DNA of 63,853 nucleotides, the filler included, from Reticulomyxa filosa (Eukaryota; Protista; Foraminifera), in NCBI GenBank assembly GCA_000512085.1. It is 21 parts of 21 records of this genome, joined end to end, with 100 filler letters (N's around TTAATTAATTAA, not from the genome) between each part and the next. Parts side by side here need not be neighbours in the genome. Positions count along the whole stretch, not along the records: positions 1 to 12,340 come from ASPP01020701.1; positions 12,441 to 13,580 come from ASPP01025030.1; 19 more parts are not named here. One strand, 5' to 3'. Every line of letters starts with the position of its first letter. The first letter of the stretch is position 1. The position numbers and the translations under genes are program-made. Below the pieces are notes generated by a model. It was not told the origin of the DNA and did not search any database. It saw only the letters and a program-made list of their open reading frames with translations. This document shows positions 1-12,785 of the stretch, one piece after another.

Positions 1-19
1 AAAAAAAAAAAAAAAAGGG

Positions 20-395
20 GTGAGTTTGTTCATTCACATAACTTTGTGTTTGTTGATGAACATGGAAATCGTCCAACTCGTGCGCTGACTTCCCGTCGTT
101 CTCCACAATGTTCAAAATCCTCTCCTTTCTTTGCAATTCTGATGACGAAACGTTCTTCTCTTTCACCAGCTTGTTACGCGCTTCGCGTGCTACTGTTGCG
201 TCGTGCGACGATCCATGGCTGGCTGGTGCTTCTGTTGTCGTGCCTAGCGGACGGCCTCGGTCTCCTGAGACATCGTTTTGTTCATTGTTTTGTTTGAGAG
301 TTTGTTACTGTTGGTGCTGTCTTTTGTTGTTTTTTATTGTGTTCGATTTCAAATACATAAACAACCAACATGCCCTTGTCGTTAGTGTTGCCCAT
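20..395 (-). CDS. Hypothetical protein, 5' part (possible MG- myristoylated N-terminus)
   Basis: Minus-strand open frame NNEQNDVSGDRGRP...ELQRKERILNIVENDGK (~20-290) and an upstream ATG-GGC (MGNTNDK) at 395. Joining them needs an intron plus a 1-nt homopolymer correction. Runs off the window start. Confidence 0.3.
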
Positions 396-921
396 ATTCG
401 TGATAAAATAAATTTCTATCAGAAAAACCGAAATAGGTTGCACGAATTCGATTCAACCCACTCCTTGCTTTTAAATTATTTCTACAATTTTTTTTATTTT
501 ATTACCCTTGGGCTTCATGTTTTTAGCTTATTTAGTAAACTGACGTACTGTGTGAGTATAGTCTAATGACGAGTTGATTAACACTACGTTGATAATTTTT
601 TACTCGCTCTCTTCTTTAACATAGATCAGGAGAAACTATATAACTTAAAATAGTATTGTCATTTCACTATAGAAAAATAATTACAACTTGTTATCAAAAA
701 ATAAAAGAATACGTGAAAGGAAGTTAAAAATGGCCCAACAAGAATCACATTTAAAAAATGAAAAAATGGTAAAGTATACAAAGGGTATTAATTAATCTTA
801 TTCTCATTAGTGCAAAAAGTTACAGTTTTTACAAAATTATGAATGAGGATATAATTATAATATACTCCACTCAAGACGAGTTGTGAATATTTGTCGAGTC
901 GATACAAATCCAAAAAAAAAA

Positions 922-1460
922 ATGTCACACGACAATTTAAAACCTGCACCATTGAATCCTGTGGAGCAGCAAAAAGTGTTAAAAGAGAGGATATTAAAAG
1001 AAATACATGCTTTGAAGCTGAGAGAATCATTAGTTATTTCTCGCCAATCTTTAGCCACTGTTACACCAAAATGCACACAAATTAATCCTTTTCGTGAAAT
1101 GGAAAAATACTCAAACAGTTATCACTTTCAGAAGTTTAATCTTTGTAGTCAAATAAACACTGTTTAATTGAAAACAAAATTACAGTGCACTCTCAAAAAG
1201 ATGAAACTTGTCTATCTCAAACAAGGCCAATGCAAGTTAACGAAAAACATAAATTACCATTAACTTGTGGAATGGATTATGGATGGTTTCTTGAAACGGT
1301 TGAAAAAGGTACATCACAATCCCAAGAAAAAAGCAACTGCAATACAAAAAATCATCAAGCCAAGAGATGGAATTATCCAATTCCACAAACGGATGTGACA
1401 CAATTTGCTCAACTTTACTATTTGTCAACTAATGAGACACTATTTTCTAAAAAAAAATAA
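922..1460 (+). CDS. FAM183/CFAP144-like ciliary microtubule inner protein
   Basis: Two exons (922-1117, 1186-1460; GT-AG intron 1118-1185). VEQQKVLKERILKE, KHKLPLTCGMDYGW and RWNYPIPQTDVTQFAQLY parallel the FAM183 family motifs (xHQNxILxExxxKE; PxxKYxxPxTxxxExGW; xxxxxSDIT). Confidence 0.65.
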
Positions 1461-1633
1461 GGTGCGTTTGTAATTTCACTTTTTTGCTATTTTTTAATAT
1501 TAGTTTACGAGTTGTAAAAATAATAATTGAAAAATTTTACGTTTAAATCTCAAAGTAATTTTAAAACAATCAAAGCAGCAGGACACAACAAAGTGAACGT
1601 TCTAATAAGTTCAATTTTTTCTTTAGACTTAAA

Positions 1634-2313
1634 ATGACAAGTTTGGCCCAAAAGTCATCATTGTGGGTTCAAAAAAAAGCTTTCAGTTTCAACCAAATAT
1701 GGAATATTTGATATTACAGACAATATTTCAAAGCTGAAAGAAATTTCAAGCGTAAAGATTGGCCTTTGTCACGTTTTCTGTATGTTCTTTTTTGGCAGCT
1801 TATCTTGTATTGTGCTTTTATGTCGACGCATTTTAATAGTGATTATGTGTATATTATGTGATGATTTTTCGGATAATAGTGACACACACTGTAAGTTGAG
1901 AGCAAACTAATTTTAATAATTGTAATGAATGAACCAATGACGTAATTTAAAAAAAAATCTGAAAATAGTCAGCATCCCTTTCTTTGGCAAGTCGTGCAAA
2001 CAAACAAATGGATAGCAAAGCCTCTGAATTACTCGAAATGTTAGTACCTGTGGATAGGAATTATGTGCACAATTATGAAGGTATAAACAAAAAGGGGCTA
2101 ATATTTTTGGTTTATAATTTACTTTGATCCATATAAAAAGGTGATGATGATATGCCGGCACATGGAAAATGTGTGCTATTGGGATGTGAAATCACTGTCC
2201 CAATCACTGATGGCAAATTGAACATGGGAAAAGACCAAGGAATTTGGTTGTATGAACACAGATATGGATCACATTCAAGACAGATTGTTGTCAGTATTTA
2301 TGGGATTCCTTGA
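1634..2313 (+). CDS. YjbQ/UPF0047 family protein (secondary thiamine-phosphate synthase family)
   Basis: Exons 1634-1779, 1880-1890, 1969-2080, 2141-2313, all introns GT-AG. They give GLCHVFLTHTSASL...YVHNYEGDDDMPAHGK...VPITDGKLNMGKDQGIWLYEHR..SRQIVV, the UPF0047 signature. One extra A in an A8 run at ~1671-1678 breaks the frame. Not in the ORF track. Confidence 0.85.
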
Positions 2314-2984
2314 GTTTTTTTATAATAAATTTGAAATTAGTTAAGCTGATTGTAAAACATTACAAAATAAATTCAGTAAAAAATGCATATATAGTTTATT
2401 CTGCAATTTCACAACTGATATTTTTCTTTTTAAAGTATTGCCAACTGGCATTGGAAAAATTAAAGCTGTTTTAATCTAAATTTAGCAACGAGTAAAATTA
2501 GTACCATAACACAAAGACGGCAATTTTTTATGGAGAAAATCGATCATAAAGTTTTCAGTCCTCTCTGCGATCTACTGTAGTTCAAAAATTATTTTTTCAA
2601 CTTCTCCTAGGCAAAGTTTTAACAATTTTTAAAAAGAGAACGTGATAAGACTTATTTCTACACATTTATTATTTAAAACAATGAACTAGTTGCTCTTTTT
2701 TATTGTTCTGATATATATAATTACTTGTCAATCGTTATGTTATAAATGGATGCAATAAAACAATAAATCATTTTTGGTAGGGAAGTACCAATGAATTTTT
2801 TTCAGCTTTCTTCACAAAGAGGGAATCTTTGAAAACGTGCGTTTGATTCCAATAGATCTTGGACAAAATTAATAAAAATTATAAGCAGTGTACTTTTCAA
2901 AACTTTGAAGTTTCTCCTTAAAAACTGGCAAACTAGTATATAGTTTTTTTTTGAGATTGTTTGAATTAAGGGGTAAACTTGGAC

Positions 2985-5900
2985 ATGTCTGGGTTAACTA
3001 AAGAACAATTATTTGGCGCTGTTCCAAAAAAGCCTCCACCTCCACCAGTACCCACAGCTAATGTAGATAAGGAGGAAAAGAAAGAATCTTCCAATCCCAC
3101 TGAGGCAGACGACAAAGAGATCAAACGTCAAAAAAACCGACAAAAAGTACCTTTTTCTTCCCCCCATTTGTGTTCAGCCAACAAGACCTTTTTTTTTACC
3201 TAAAAGAAATTATTCGACAAATGCGTTGTCCATTTTTTTTCCCCACATATTTGTAATTATGCGCACCGAAAGTAATAATTGAATATTGTTTAAGAAGTAC
3301 AATCTACGCAAACATTTGAAATGTACACAAAAAAAAAAATGGGATAGTGTGTTCAAGAGTTGGTTGATACTGAGCAAACATATTGCGACCAATTGCAAGT
3401 GTTGACAGAATTGTATGTGACGCCCTTGAGAGAGAATGGCATAATTAAAGACAATCAGCACGCAGCATTGTTTCCAGACATCCAAACTATATCGGGATTG
3501 AACCAAAACTTGCTATTAAGTTCATGCGCAAAAAAAAGTCCGAGGAGAGTAGAGTATAAATGTTGGATTGCACTGATACATAACACAAAACAGCATTGAA
3601 AGAAAAGTTGAAATCTTGGGATAATGAAAAATCCCGAATTGGCGATGAGTTCATTAAATTTGCGCCATATTTCAAAATGTACCAAAAGTTGAGAAGAAAA
3701 AAAAAAAAAAAAAACTGGATGGTCGCGGTTTTTGAATACTTTTATATACATTATTATGTACTTGACACGTTTACACACACATGTACATGTATGGATTTTT
3801 CTTGAAATTGACAAACAACAGTTATGTAAATAATCACGAAAAAGCCACGAAAATGCTAGAGCAATTAGGAAGCTCTGAAAAGGTTTGCAAACAAATATTG
3901 TGTACATGTTCATGTATGATATAAATATATACTTTTTTTTTTTTAAATTTCCCCTTTTTTTTTTTTTTGTTGGTATGTCCGTTGCATACCAATAATACAA
4001 ACAAAAATTATTCGGAGAGAAAAAAAAAGGTGATGGAAAGGGGGGGGGAGGGTGTCTCATTGTCTCACTGTGTCACGTGGATTAAATTGCGATGAATAGT
4101 TTCAACAATTTTGCACACAACAACAAACGAATGCCCGCAGCAAAGGCCTGCCATTGGCCAGTTTTTTGATTCTTCCGATTCAGCGCGTGCCCCGTTACGA
4201 ACTTTGTTTTCGAGTTAGGTATTGTTGGTGACATTTCAATCGCGTTTTGGTTGTTTGTGTGTATCTCGACTCATTTACATTTACTTGTTTGTTTATTTTT
4301 CCACAAAAAAAAAAGTGGAATTGCTTAAATTGACCAACGAAAAGCATCCTGATTACAACGATATCCAAAACACGTTGAAGCAAATCAGCGCTGTCAATGC
4401 AACTATCAACACACGCATGAAAGACTTTTCTTCGAGAGAACAGGTTAAACAAGTCGAGCAAAGATTTGGAGGTTCGTGTTTTTTTTTTTTCTCCATTCAT
4501 TTGTATTTGCATATTGTATTTACACTTCTATTTTGTGTTTGTATAATGTATGAAGTATGCGTATATTATGTCCCCCTTTTTTTTTTTTGTTATAACTTAA
4601 AGATTGACCAAAATATGTTTGCTTGTTTTTTTGGAAAATCTAGGCGCAATACCGCTGGTTGCACCAGCTCGCAACTATGTTCGAGAAGGATATTTGAGTA
4701 AAGTATGCCGCAAGAAGGATCGCAAATACCTGTTTTTTTGTTCAGTGACTTGCTACTGTACTGCACGCAGAGTCCGACGGGAAAGCTATCGTTGAATCAA
4801 AAGATCCCATTTGATCGCTACTTCCGTATTGATGATGTCAAAAATAATCGCAAGTACGGCAGCTTGTGCTTTGAGATACACTCCGTTGTCAAGTCTTTTC
4901 TTGTCTATGCCGACGATTTGGCCGAGAAAAATGCGTGGGTGGAAGACATACGAAAATCCGTTAAGTTTTATTTTTATTATTATTTTTTTAAATACGTTTT
5001 TATGTGTACGTAGGTTTTGTGGCAGTGAGAAAGGGGAAGAAGAGAGGTGAATGAAATATGCGTGAAATGTAAATGTTTTGTGTGTACATGGCAAAAAAAT
5101 AGCTAACCAAAATGTCTACTGTGTTTGAGGCTACGCGCGTATCTGAAGTGGGCTTTAAGACAACTGCACCCATCTGGTTTCCTGATGATTTTAGCGAGGA
5201 TTGTATGAATCCTCCGTGCATGAAGAGATTTACTTGGACAAGACGTCGACATCATTGCAGATACTGGTACTTTTTGTCGGCTTACCTTTTTTTTTTTTTT
5301 TTGGGTTTTTTATTTATTTGTTATATCCCCTCCTCTTTCTTTGGTATCAATAAGATGACGCCCAAATAGTATTTCTTTATGTATACGTGTGTGTGTTATG
5401 ATAACAGCGGTCGATTAGTTTGTGGAGATTGTAGTTCAAACAAATTGCCCAACAGAAGTAATGAACAACAAATTGTTCGTGTTTGTGATATTTGCTTGTT
5501 AAGTTGTTTTTAAAAAAACAGTCTCAAACAATGAGTACCAACGAGGAGTCCATTTTTTGTACATTTGCACGAGTAGTCGTGACAATAAAAATGCGTTTCC
5601 CGATTTGGAAGAACGATTGAAATCCAAGAGTTGGTTCTCCAACTCGGGAAAGTCACCACGATCACAGGATGACAATGAAGAAGAATGGGAAGATTCCGAT
5701 AGCGATGGAGAGTCAGGAGCTCCTCCACAAGAAATGGTCGGGGTTCCACCAAAATCGGCGTCGCTTCGCAGAATATCACCACGTCGTTCGGATAACCCTC
5801 AGAGTATTGCCGGTAAATTGGGCCTGCAAAATGAAAGTGCAACCAATGGGAAAAATGAATCACAACACTATCCAAGCTATTCTTTATCCGAAAAACGCCC

Positions 5901-6481
5901 TTCAAACAATGCTATGAAAAGAATGCCTCCTCCTAAAATGGCAGTTCAGCCTCCTGTATCTGCTCCATCGGTCCCTTTTTCGGAATCAAGCGCTTCCTCT
6001 TTACCACCACCTCCTGATGACGATGAAAACATTGGTAAGGAAAAACAAGGAATGAAGAGGATTAATAGTTTTTATTGTTTTTGAGTTTTGAGAGAAATAT
6101 GTTGAATACTAATATTTCCATCTGCATCTATAATTTTGTTATGTGTTTCTGATTTTAGAAAAAGAAAGACTGCGTGGAGGAAGCCTATCTTTGCCGGCTG
6201 GACTTGATTCCAACGTTCGTAATCAAATAATCGACATGGACCGCAAATATAAATCAACCATTGAAGTAATGCAAGGGAAACTCGAAGCAGAACGCAAGAA
6301 AAATGCAGAACTACAAAGACAAGTCAAAGATTTGAGAGAAGAAAATGAGCGCTTGCGTAAATCTAAAGTTGATCTTGTGACATGGGCCAATGGAGAAATC
6401 AATACCCTCAAAAAAGCGCTTAAAAATCAGCAATTGACAAATCAATCGGGAAGCAATGATGAAGGCGAAGTTGAAAAATAG
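2985..6481 (+). CDS. FGD/frabin-like RhoGEF (DH)-PH-FYVE protein with C-terminal coiled coil
   Basis: DH motifs ELVDTEQTYCDQL, LFPDIQTISGLN, FAPYFKMY, LILPIQRVPRY, HPDY. PH: REGYLSKVCRKKDRKY-FLFSDLLLY...EKNAWVEDI. FYVE: WFPD, RRRHHCR, VCGDCS, VRVCDIC. Multi-exon; 1-nt T-run deletion near 4735. Confidence 0.9.
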
Positions 6482-6847
6482 CATAGCCCAATTTTTATCC
6501 GCTATTTTAATTTTTTCTGTTGTTCTGTCGTTGTTTTGTTCAGTTCTTTTCTAAAATTGTACAGCTGAGAAACAGCATTTCAATAAACTATCAAAACTGC
6601 TTTTATGAACATATTACTATTCTGTAGTTCCTGCAATGGGCGGCGATACATTAGAGATTTCAAAAGTAGTGCATTCCACTTTGTAATTTTGTTAGAAAAT
6701 ATCAGAAGGTTGCACTTTTGTTTTGACTTCAATAACAAAAAAAATTGAAAAAACAATCTGGTCAGATATTAGTTTGGGATCGTGAGTTTTTATTGTAATA
6801 CTATAACTGGAAAAAAACACTTCGTTAAATTTTTTCTAAGCACTACT

Positions 6848-9800
6848 TCATTTTTCGTACAAACGATGCGCCAATCGAACAAAAAGCTTTAAATCGAACT
6901 CTTGTTCATATTGTGCAGAAAAGTTCCACAATGATTTCAAATTGTTGACAAGTGCACTTACTTCCCTTTTTGGATCTTGTTCACTTTTCACAATGTTAGG
7001 TTTGTTAATTTCGCCCAAAATATTGACACATTCTTCAATGTCCTTTTCTTCTTGTGATCCATCAGCACCACCTTGGTTCTGTAGCTGAAATAAATCCAGA
7101 ATTTGATGCATAGCCATGCTTCTCATGGAATTATTTTCTGTGGAGATAATAACATTGGCGATGTGTTGTTTAAATTTTTGTAAACTCATAATCTCTGACT
7201 CTATAGTATCCTTGCAAATAATTCGATAGACTTGAACTGTGTTGACCTGTCCAATGCGATGAACCCGATCCATTGCTTGTAGATCCTTCATTGGATTCCA
7301 GTCATTTTCCATAAATATTACCACATCGGCCGTGCTTAAATTTAATCCCAATCCTCCTACACTGATGGTCAGCAACAATATTTCAACACTCATATCTTCA
7401 TTAAATTTCTTTGCAATGTTATATCGCTCCGAGGATGAAATTTTTCCATGCATTGTAAGATATTTCACTGATTTAAAATGAACACGCAATAATAATGATT
7501 CAATCAATTCCATTACTTGCTTTAATTTCACAAATATTATTGCCCGATGATTTCTGCTTTTGCTTGTCTCACCGATGCCACACTGATGCAAAATATCTCT
7601 TTTTTCCCCCGAAAATCCCCACCCAAGTCACAAACCATGTGCATTGAGAGAAAAAGACAACATTTTTTTGCTTGAAAAAAATCAATTGTAAAACCTTAAA
7701 GCCTGTAATTTTGGAGCGTATTCAATTGATTCCAATGTTCCATGATTTCGGTTTAATTCTTCCATAATTTCCTTTTAACAAACAAAGCAAAGAATATCGT
7801 CTTTCTTATTGTCCTTTCTTCATTGTGTCTCCAACACTTAGAAAAAAAGAAGGTTATTGTTGGGACAAATGCACGAAAAACTGTTCGTAAAGGATGGAAT
7901 CGATCCAGGACTAATTTGGGATGAATACACAATCGTCTCAAATAAACAAGTAATTTTAAGTGTTTTTCAGTCAGCTGCTTTCCATAAGCGGAGGAAGTCA
8001 ATTGATTCATGGATTCGAATTCTGTTCGTTGACTTTGGATGTACAATCTTTTTTGCAAAGGTGACAATTCGACATAATAGTCTTGAATGATCTTTGGTGG
8101 CAATTCGGTCAACACATCCGATTTCAGCCGTCTCAAAATGAATGGAAGTACTTGTTTGTGCAGCTTTTCCAATTTGTAATTGCCAACCTTTTGCTGCGCT
8201 AGAGTGGCTTTGGGTTGATACGATTTTTGAATTGGAGAAGAAAACTGAGAGTTGAACGAGGTCTCGTCACGTGACAAATATCCAGGCATTAAAAAATCGA
8301 ACAGCGACCATAACTCCAGCACATTGTTTTGAATTGGAGTCCCGCTCAATATTAAACGGTGTTTGGAATTTAATATTTTTACAGCCAATGTTAGCTTCGT
8401 TTTTGTGTTTTTTATCGTATGTCCTTCGTCTAGTATGTAGTACTGCCATTGATACTTTCTCATTTTTTCGATGTCCTTGAGCAAATGTCTTTTTTTTTTT
8501 TTTTTACTTCCGTTGACTCTTTTAAGTGCAATTGAATAAACAAAAAGAAAACTTAACAGAATATGATATCATCACCAACTGTTTTTCACTAATTCCAATC
8601 TTAGCCCGAATTTCATCCCTCACATTTGGTTTCCCAAAAATCACAATGGTGCTATCCACACATCCACATATATGTCCATATGCACATATATGTATGTACA
8701 CTTAATATAGATTAATTTGCAAGTCTGAACTTTAGGACATTTGGTTTGAAAAATTTTTCTACTTCATGTTTCCAATGCCAAATGACAGTGGAAGGACAAA
8801 CCACCAAGGAAGGTACGTGCGAATTGGCCGAATCATGATAATAGGAATAGACAAGTATCAACAAAGTTTGCAAAGTCTTTCCCAAGCCCATATCGTCGGC
8901 CAGAATGCCATGAAGACAATAGTCATGCAGAAACAATAGCCAATTCAATCCTTCTTTTTGATAAGGCCGCAAATCTAACTTTTCATCCAACAAATGTTCT
9001 TTGACTTTGTTTATGTCAAATAAATTCTTTTCAATTAGCGATGGATCAATTAGTTGTTGCAGCATTGTATCATATTTTTGTTTTGTCTGCTTCAATTGCG
9101 TTGGTATATTTGCATTCATTTGTGAGCCGATCGACAATGGGATAAAGCGCACCGCCAAGGCAAATATAGAATTGGCATTCATTCGAATTTCTTTGTCGTT
9201 ATCATTCAAACATTGAAACAAAGGAATCACCAATAAAGACAAATAGGGCAGTATGGCATTTAACAATTCCTCCCTCATTTTTCGATTTTTTTCTTGTTCC
9301 CGTATTTGTTCCATTGAAAAAGGTCCAATTTGTAATCTTTTCCATTTCTCGCGATTTTTTCCATGGCTTTCCGTTTTGTTGTTTAATGTGTCCATCAGCT
9401 GTAGAACACTTACAATTACTTCGACAGCACCCAAGCGAAAATGCTTTGTTTCCATCAAAGCATAAAAAAAATAGCAATGTGTATAACAACAACATCATAT
9501 TCATTATATATATATATATATATAATTAATATGTACCCTTTTGGTGTGCATTAATTTTGGAGTGATAAAAGAAATGATCAATGACAATACGGTATCGGTA
9601 TCACAATTCAGGTATTCTAACAAAACAAAGCGGCACTGCTCTCGCAAATATGCGTCATCATGCTCATAGGTGCCATGAAGTACATGTTTCAACAGATGTC
9701 CACAGTGTTTTTCTCGATACAATGGCTCCAATTTGTCTACGAAGCAACTCAGTAGCTTTTACCAAACATCCAAACAATCTCAAAAAAACAAACAAACAAA

Positions 9801-12280
9801 CAAACAACAGCAATAACAAATAATCAAACAAGCATACCTTTAGAACAGCATCCACTTTCGCCTCTAAGTCATTGGGGTCAAATTTTTGCTCATCAAATTT
9901 CATTTCCTGTTCAACTGTGTCCAAAATTGGAAAGGCCTGGACAATGTATTTATCGAACAATTTGGTTATCTTTGGATGCTGTTCAAAGATGCTTTGCCCG
10001 AACATTTGGCACAAGTACCCAATGATGAGCTTAATGCCGTATATGGGCTCTGTTACCTCGAATGCGTGTTGTAATGAATTGACTATAAATTCCCATATGT
10101 CTTTTATCATTTGACGATTTTCAGATGTTGCCTTGTCCTTGTGTTTGCCTACTTTGTTGTCACTCAAACATTTCATTAGTCGTGCAATCGCAAATGCACT
10201 AATTTCAAAGACAAAACAAGCAAAAACAAAAAAACAAGTAAAGTTAGCGATGACATTTTTCTGAAGCGTTCAACAACAGCAAAAACAAACAAAAAAAATG
10301 ACATAAGATTAGACCTTCGATATTGCAACGTCGGATGGGAATCCATCAAAACAGCTTTTTCCAGTGTCTTGAGAATGGACGGGATGAATTGATACAATGC
10401 CTGAATATTAGCAGAGGAAATGATGACGTGAGCGACAGAGCTATGGCACTGCAATTTCAAGAGATCAATGGTCATCATAGTGTTGCATATACAAACAGTG
10501 AATTGACTGTAGAGCGCTGAACGCTGTGTGTCTTGTTCCAGAATTTCCTCACTTCTTTTTGCGCGATTATTTTCTTCTTTTTCTTCCCACTGCTTGTATT
10601 TGTCCCTCGCAATTGAAAAATATCGATCCATCGTCATCTGGCCACTGGTCATAAAAGGCAATATCTCATTTTTGAATAGCAATTCATTGGTTTGGAATGT
10701 TTTCAAAAGATTTTTGCAGCGTTGCATTACATTGAATCGATGATTCAGCATATCGTGATAATTGAACATTTCTTCTTCTGTTTTTCAATTTCACAATTTT
10801 TTTTAAAAAAGGTAAATAAATGTAATATAATATAATAAATATTATATTATATTACATTTATTTATTTTTTTATTTTTTGAATACCAGAAGTGTTCAATGC
10901 CTTTTCCCATAAGCTATGATCTTGATCGATTTCAATGAGTGTTTGCGATGAATTGCAATGGAGTTCATTCCAGACATCAGACAGCAGCCAACATCCCAGT
11001 ATCCGCTTCCAGCCAACCACTTGCGTTACGGGCAGATGCATTTGCATCGCATAAAGACAAATTTGGTTTTGTATTTGCAGCCAAGACTCGGAAGGCTTTG
11101 GATTGCAAAGGATGGAAGTAGCCAATAGTTTCGCCAAGAGTCGGGAGCCATCGTCCACGACATTCCAGACAATAATTAAATGAGGGGTTTCATAAGTGCT
11201 CCACACGTTTATCTTGGAAAGTTGTGTTTTGTCGGTGGGTTTCAATTTTTGGGAATGGAATTGCTCCACAATCTTGTCGAGTGTTTCGGCAGATAAATGA
11301 TGTTGTTTGTGATACTCTGTGCTGCGACTCTGGAAGGTGGAAAATTCCTGCAATTTCTGGAAGCATTCGGTCCAAATCTTGTGTTCAGTGATTGGGTCGG
11401 TTTTGATTTGTTGGCACAGATAATCCCACAATAGCTGCAGTTCATTTCGAAGATGAGCATACAATAATGCATCATTGTCTTTGTCATAATCGTCACCATT
11501 GTTCTTATAATCGTCAGCATCCTTATTCAATGACTGCGATTGTTCTTGAGATGGATTGGAATCGGTGGTGCCCACTTCGACTTCACGTTTGAAGCGAGCA
11601 AAGGCCTCTTGTACCAGTTTGGTGAACACAATTGTGTACAAGCGACGTCTGTGTAAAGACAGCCAATGTCGCAAGTCGCTGTGTTGAGCACATACTTTCA
11701 AAAAGTGATGCAAAGTGGCAGTGACTTGTTTTTTCACATGCAATGACGTATGTTCCAATAATGAAACCAATACTTTTATTAATTTGTCAATGACACTTTC
11801 ATTATCATTATTATTATCATTACCACTATGTTGTAATGTCTTTGGTAGTGTCCAATGGACAAAGAGCTGCGGAAAGGTAAGCAAGACTCCATGGGTGACA
11901 CTCAAGATGCTGATACTCGCGGCACTGTACACATCGACTTTTTGCAATGCGTGCATCCAATTGGACAGGAACAGCTGTCGCAAGTAGTGTTTGTGAGGCA
12001 AGTCCATATCGGCTTGCAAGTATGAAATGAACCCATGCAAATTGCAGACCAGCACTTGGCTGGCCATATTGACCACGTCTTCGGAGGCATGGCGCAAGCC
12101 CGTGCGCAGCACATACTCGAGGACTTTGGCTCCCATGTCCATGTTCATGTTCATGTTCATGTCTATGTCCATCTCCTTCTTTTCCGTAGCATCGCACACA
12201 ATCACACGTTGCCAATGCAAAGTGAGGACATACTTTAACCCCAAAAAGCTGCTGTAATAAATACTCCAATTGTCTTCATT
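6848..12280 (-). CDS. BTAF1: BTAF1/Mot1 SNF2-family TBP-associated ATPase (5' end truncated)
   Basis: HGILADDMGLGKTLQT, ILDEGH, HRLILSGTPIQNNVLELWSLFDFLMPG, LHKQVLPFILRRLKSDVLTELPPKIIQDYY, APKLQALRDILHQCGIG (spliced) and DWNPMKDLQAMDRVHRIGQ, preceded by a long HEAT-like helical region (FLGLKY). About 9 exons with GT-AG introns. Confidence 0.92.
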
Positions 12281-12340
12281 TTTTTTAAATTTCTTTTTAT
12301 TCTTTACTTTGACATTGTCATTGTCATTGTCATTGTCATT

Positions 12341-12440
12341 NNNNNNNNNNNNNNNNNNNNNNNNNNNNNNNNNNNNNNNNNNNNTTAATTAATTAANNNN
12401 NNNNNNNNNNNNNNNNNNNNNNNNNNNNNNNNNNNNNNNN
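12341..12440. other. Artificial contig linker (first of 20)
   Basis: N44-TTAATTAATTAA-N44, with stops in all six frames. Other copies start at 13581, 14721, 20017, 21751, 24025, 25816, 27473, 30539, 32074, 33284, 36507, 39971, 41194, 43995, 48606, 50029, 57697, 61368 and 62638. Confidence 0.98.
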
Positions 12441-12785
12441 ACTGATCAAACCTATTTTCAATTGTATCTTAATTCAACAGAACGGGTCCATTTTTATCGA
12501 TTTTATTCGACACTAATGTATTTCATTGTCAAATCATCCCTTCATTGTTTGTTTAAGCTTAAAGCATTTGAATTTAAAAAACACGCACAGTTATATGATT
12601 TTTATCTCAACAGATTGTTTAATACATTTGTCATCAAAGTCAAAAAAAAATAATCATCTTCAATTGAAAGTTACTTTAAATTGGAGTTTCATCTTCATCA
12701 CTTTCATTTTAATTTTTTTATTGAAAAAAAAGATTGAAAAAGCTCATATTCAATCAAAGTCAAATCAGCCAACAAAATGTCTTCA

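Noticed and set aside
1671-8490. Frameshifts in otherwise conserved genes (YjbQ A8, RhoGEF T7, BTAF1) as programmed ribosomal frameshifting
   Set aside because: They go in both directions, lie in homopolymers and share no slippery-site or stop motif; pyrosequencing-type indel errors explain them more simply.
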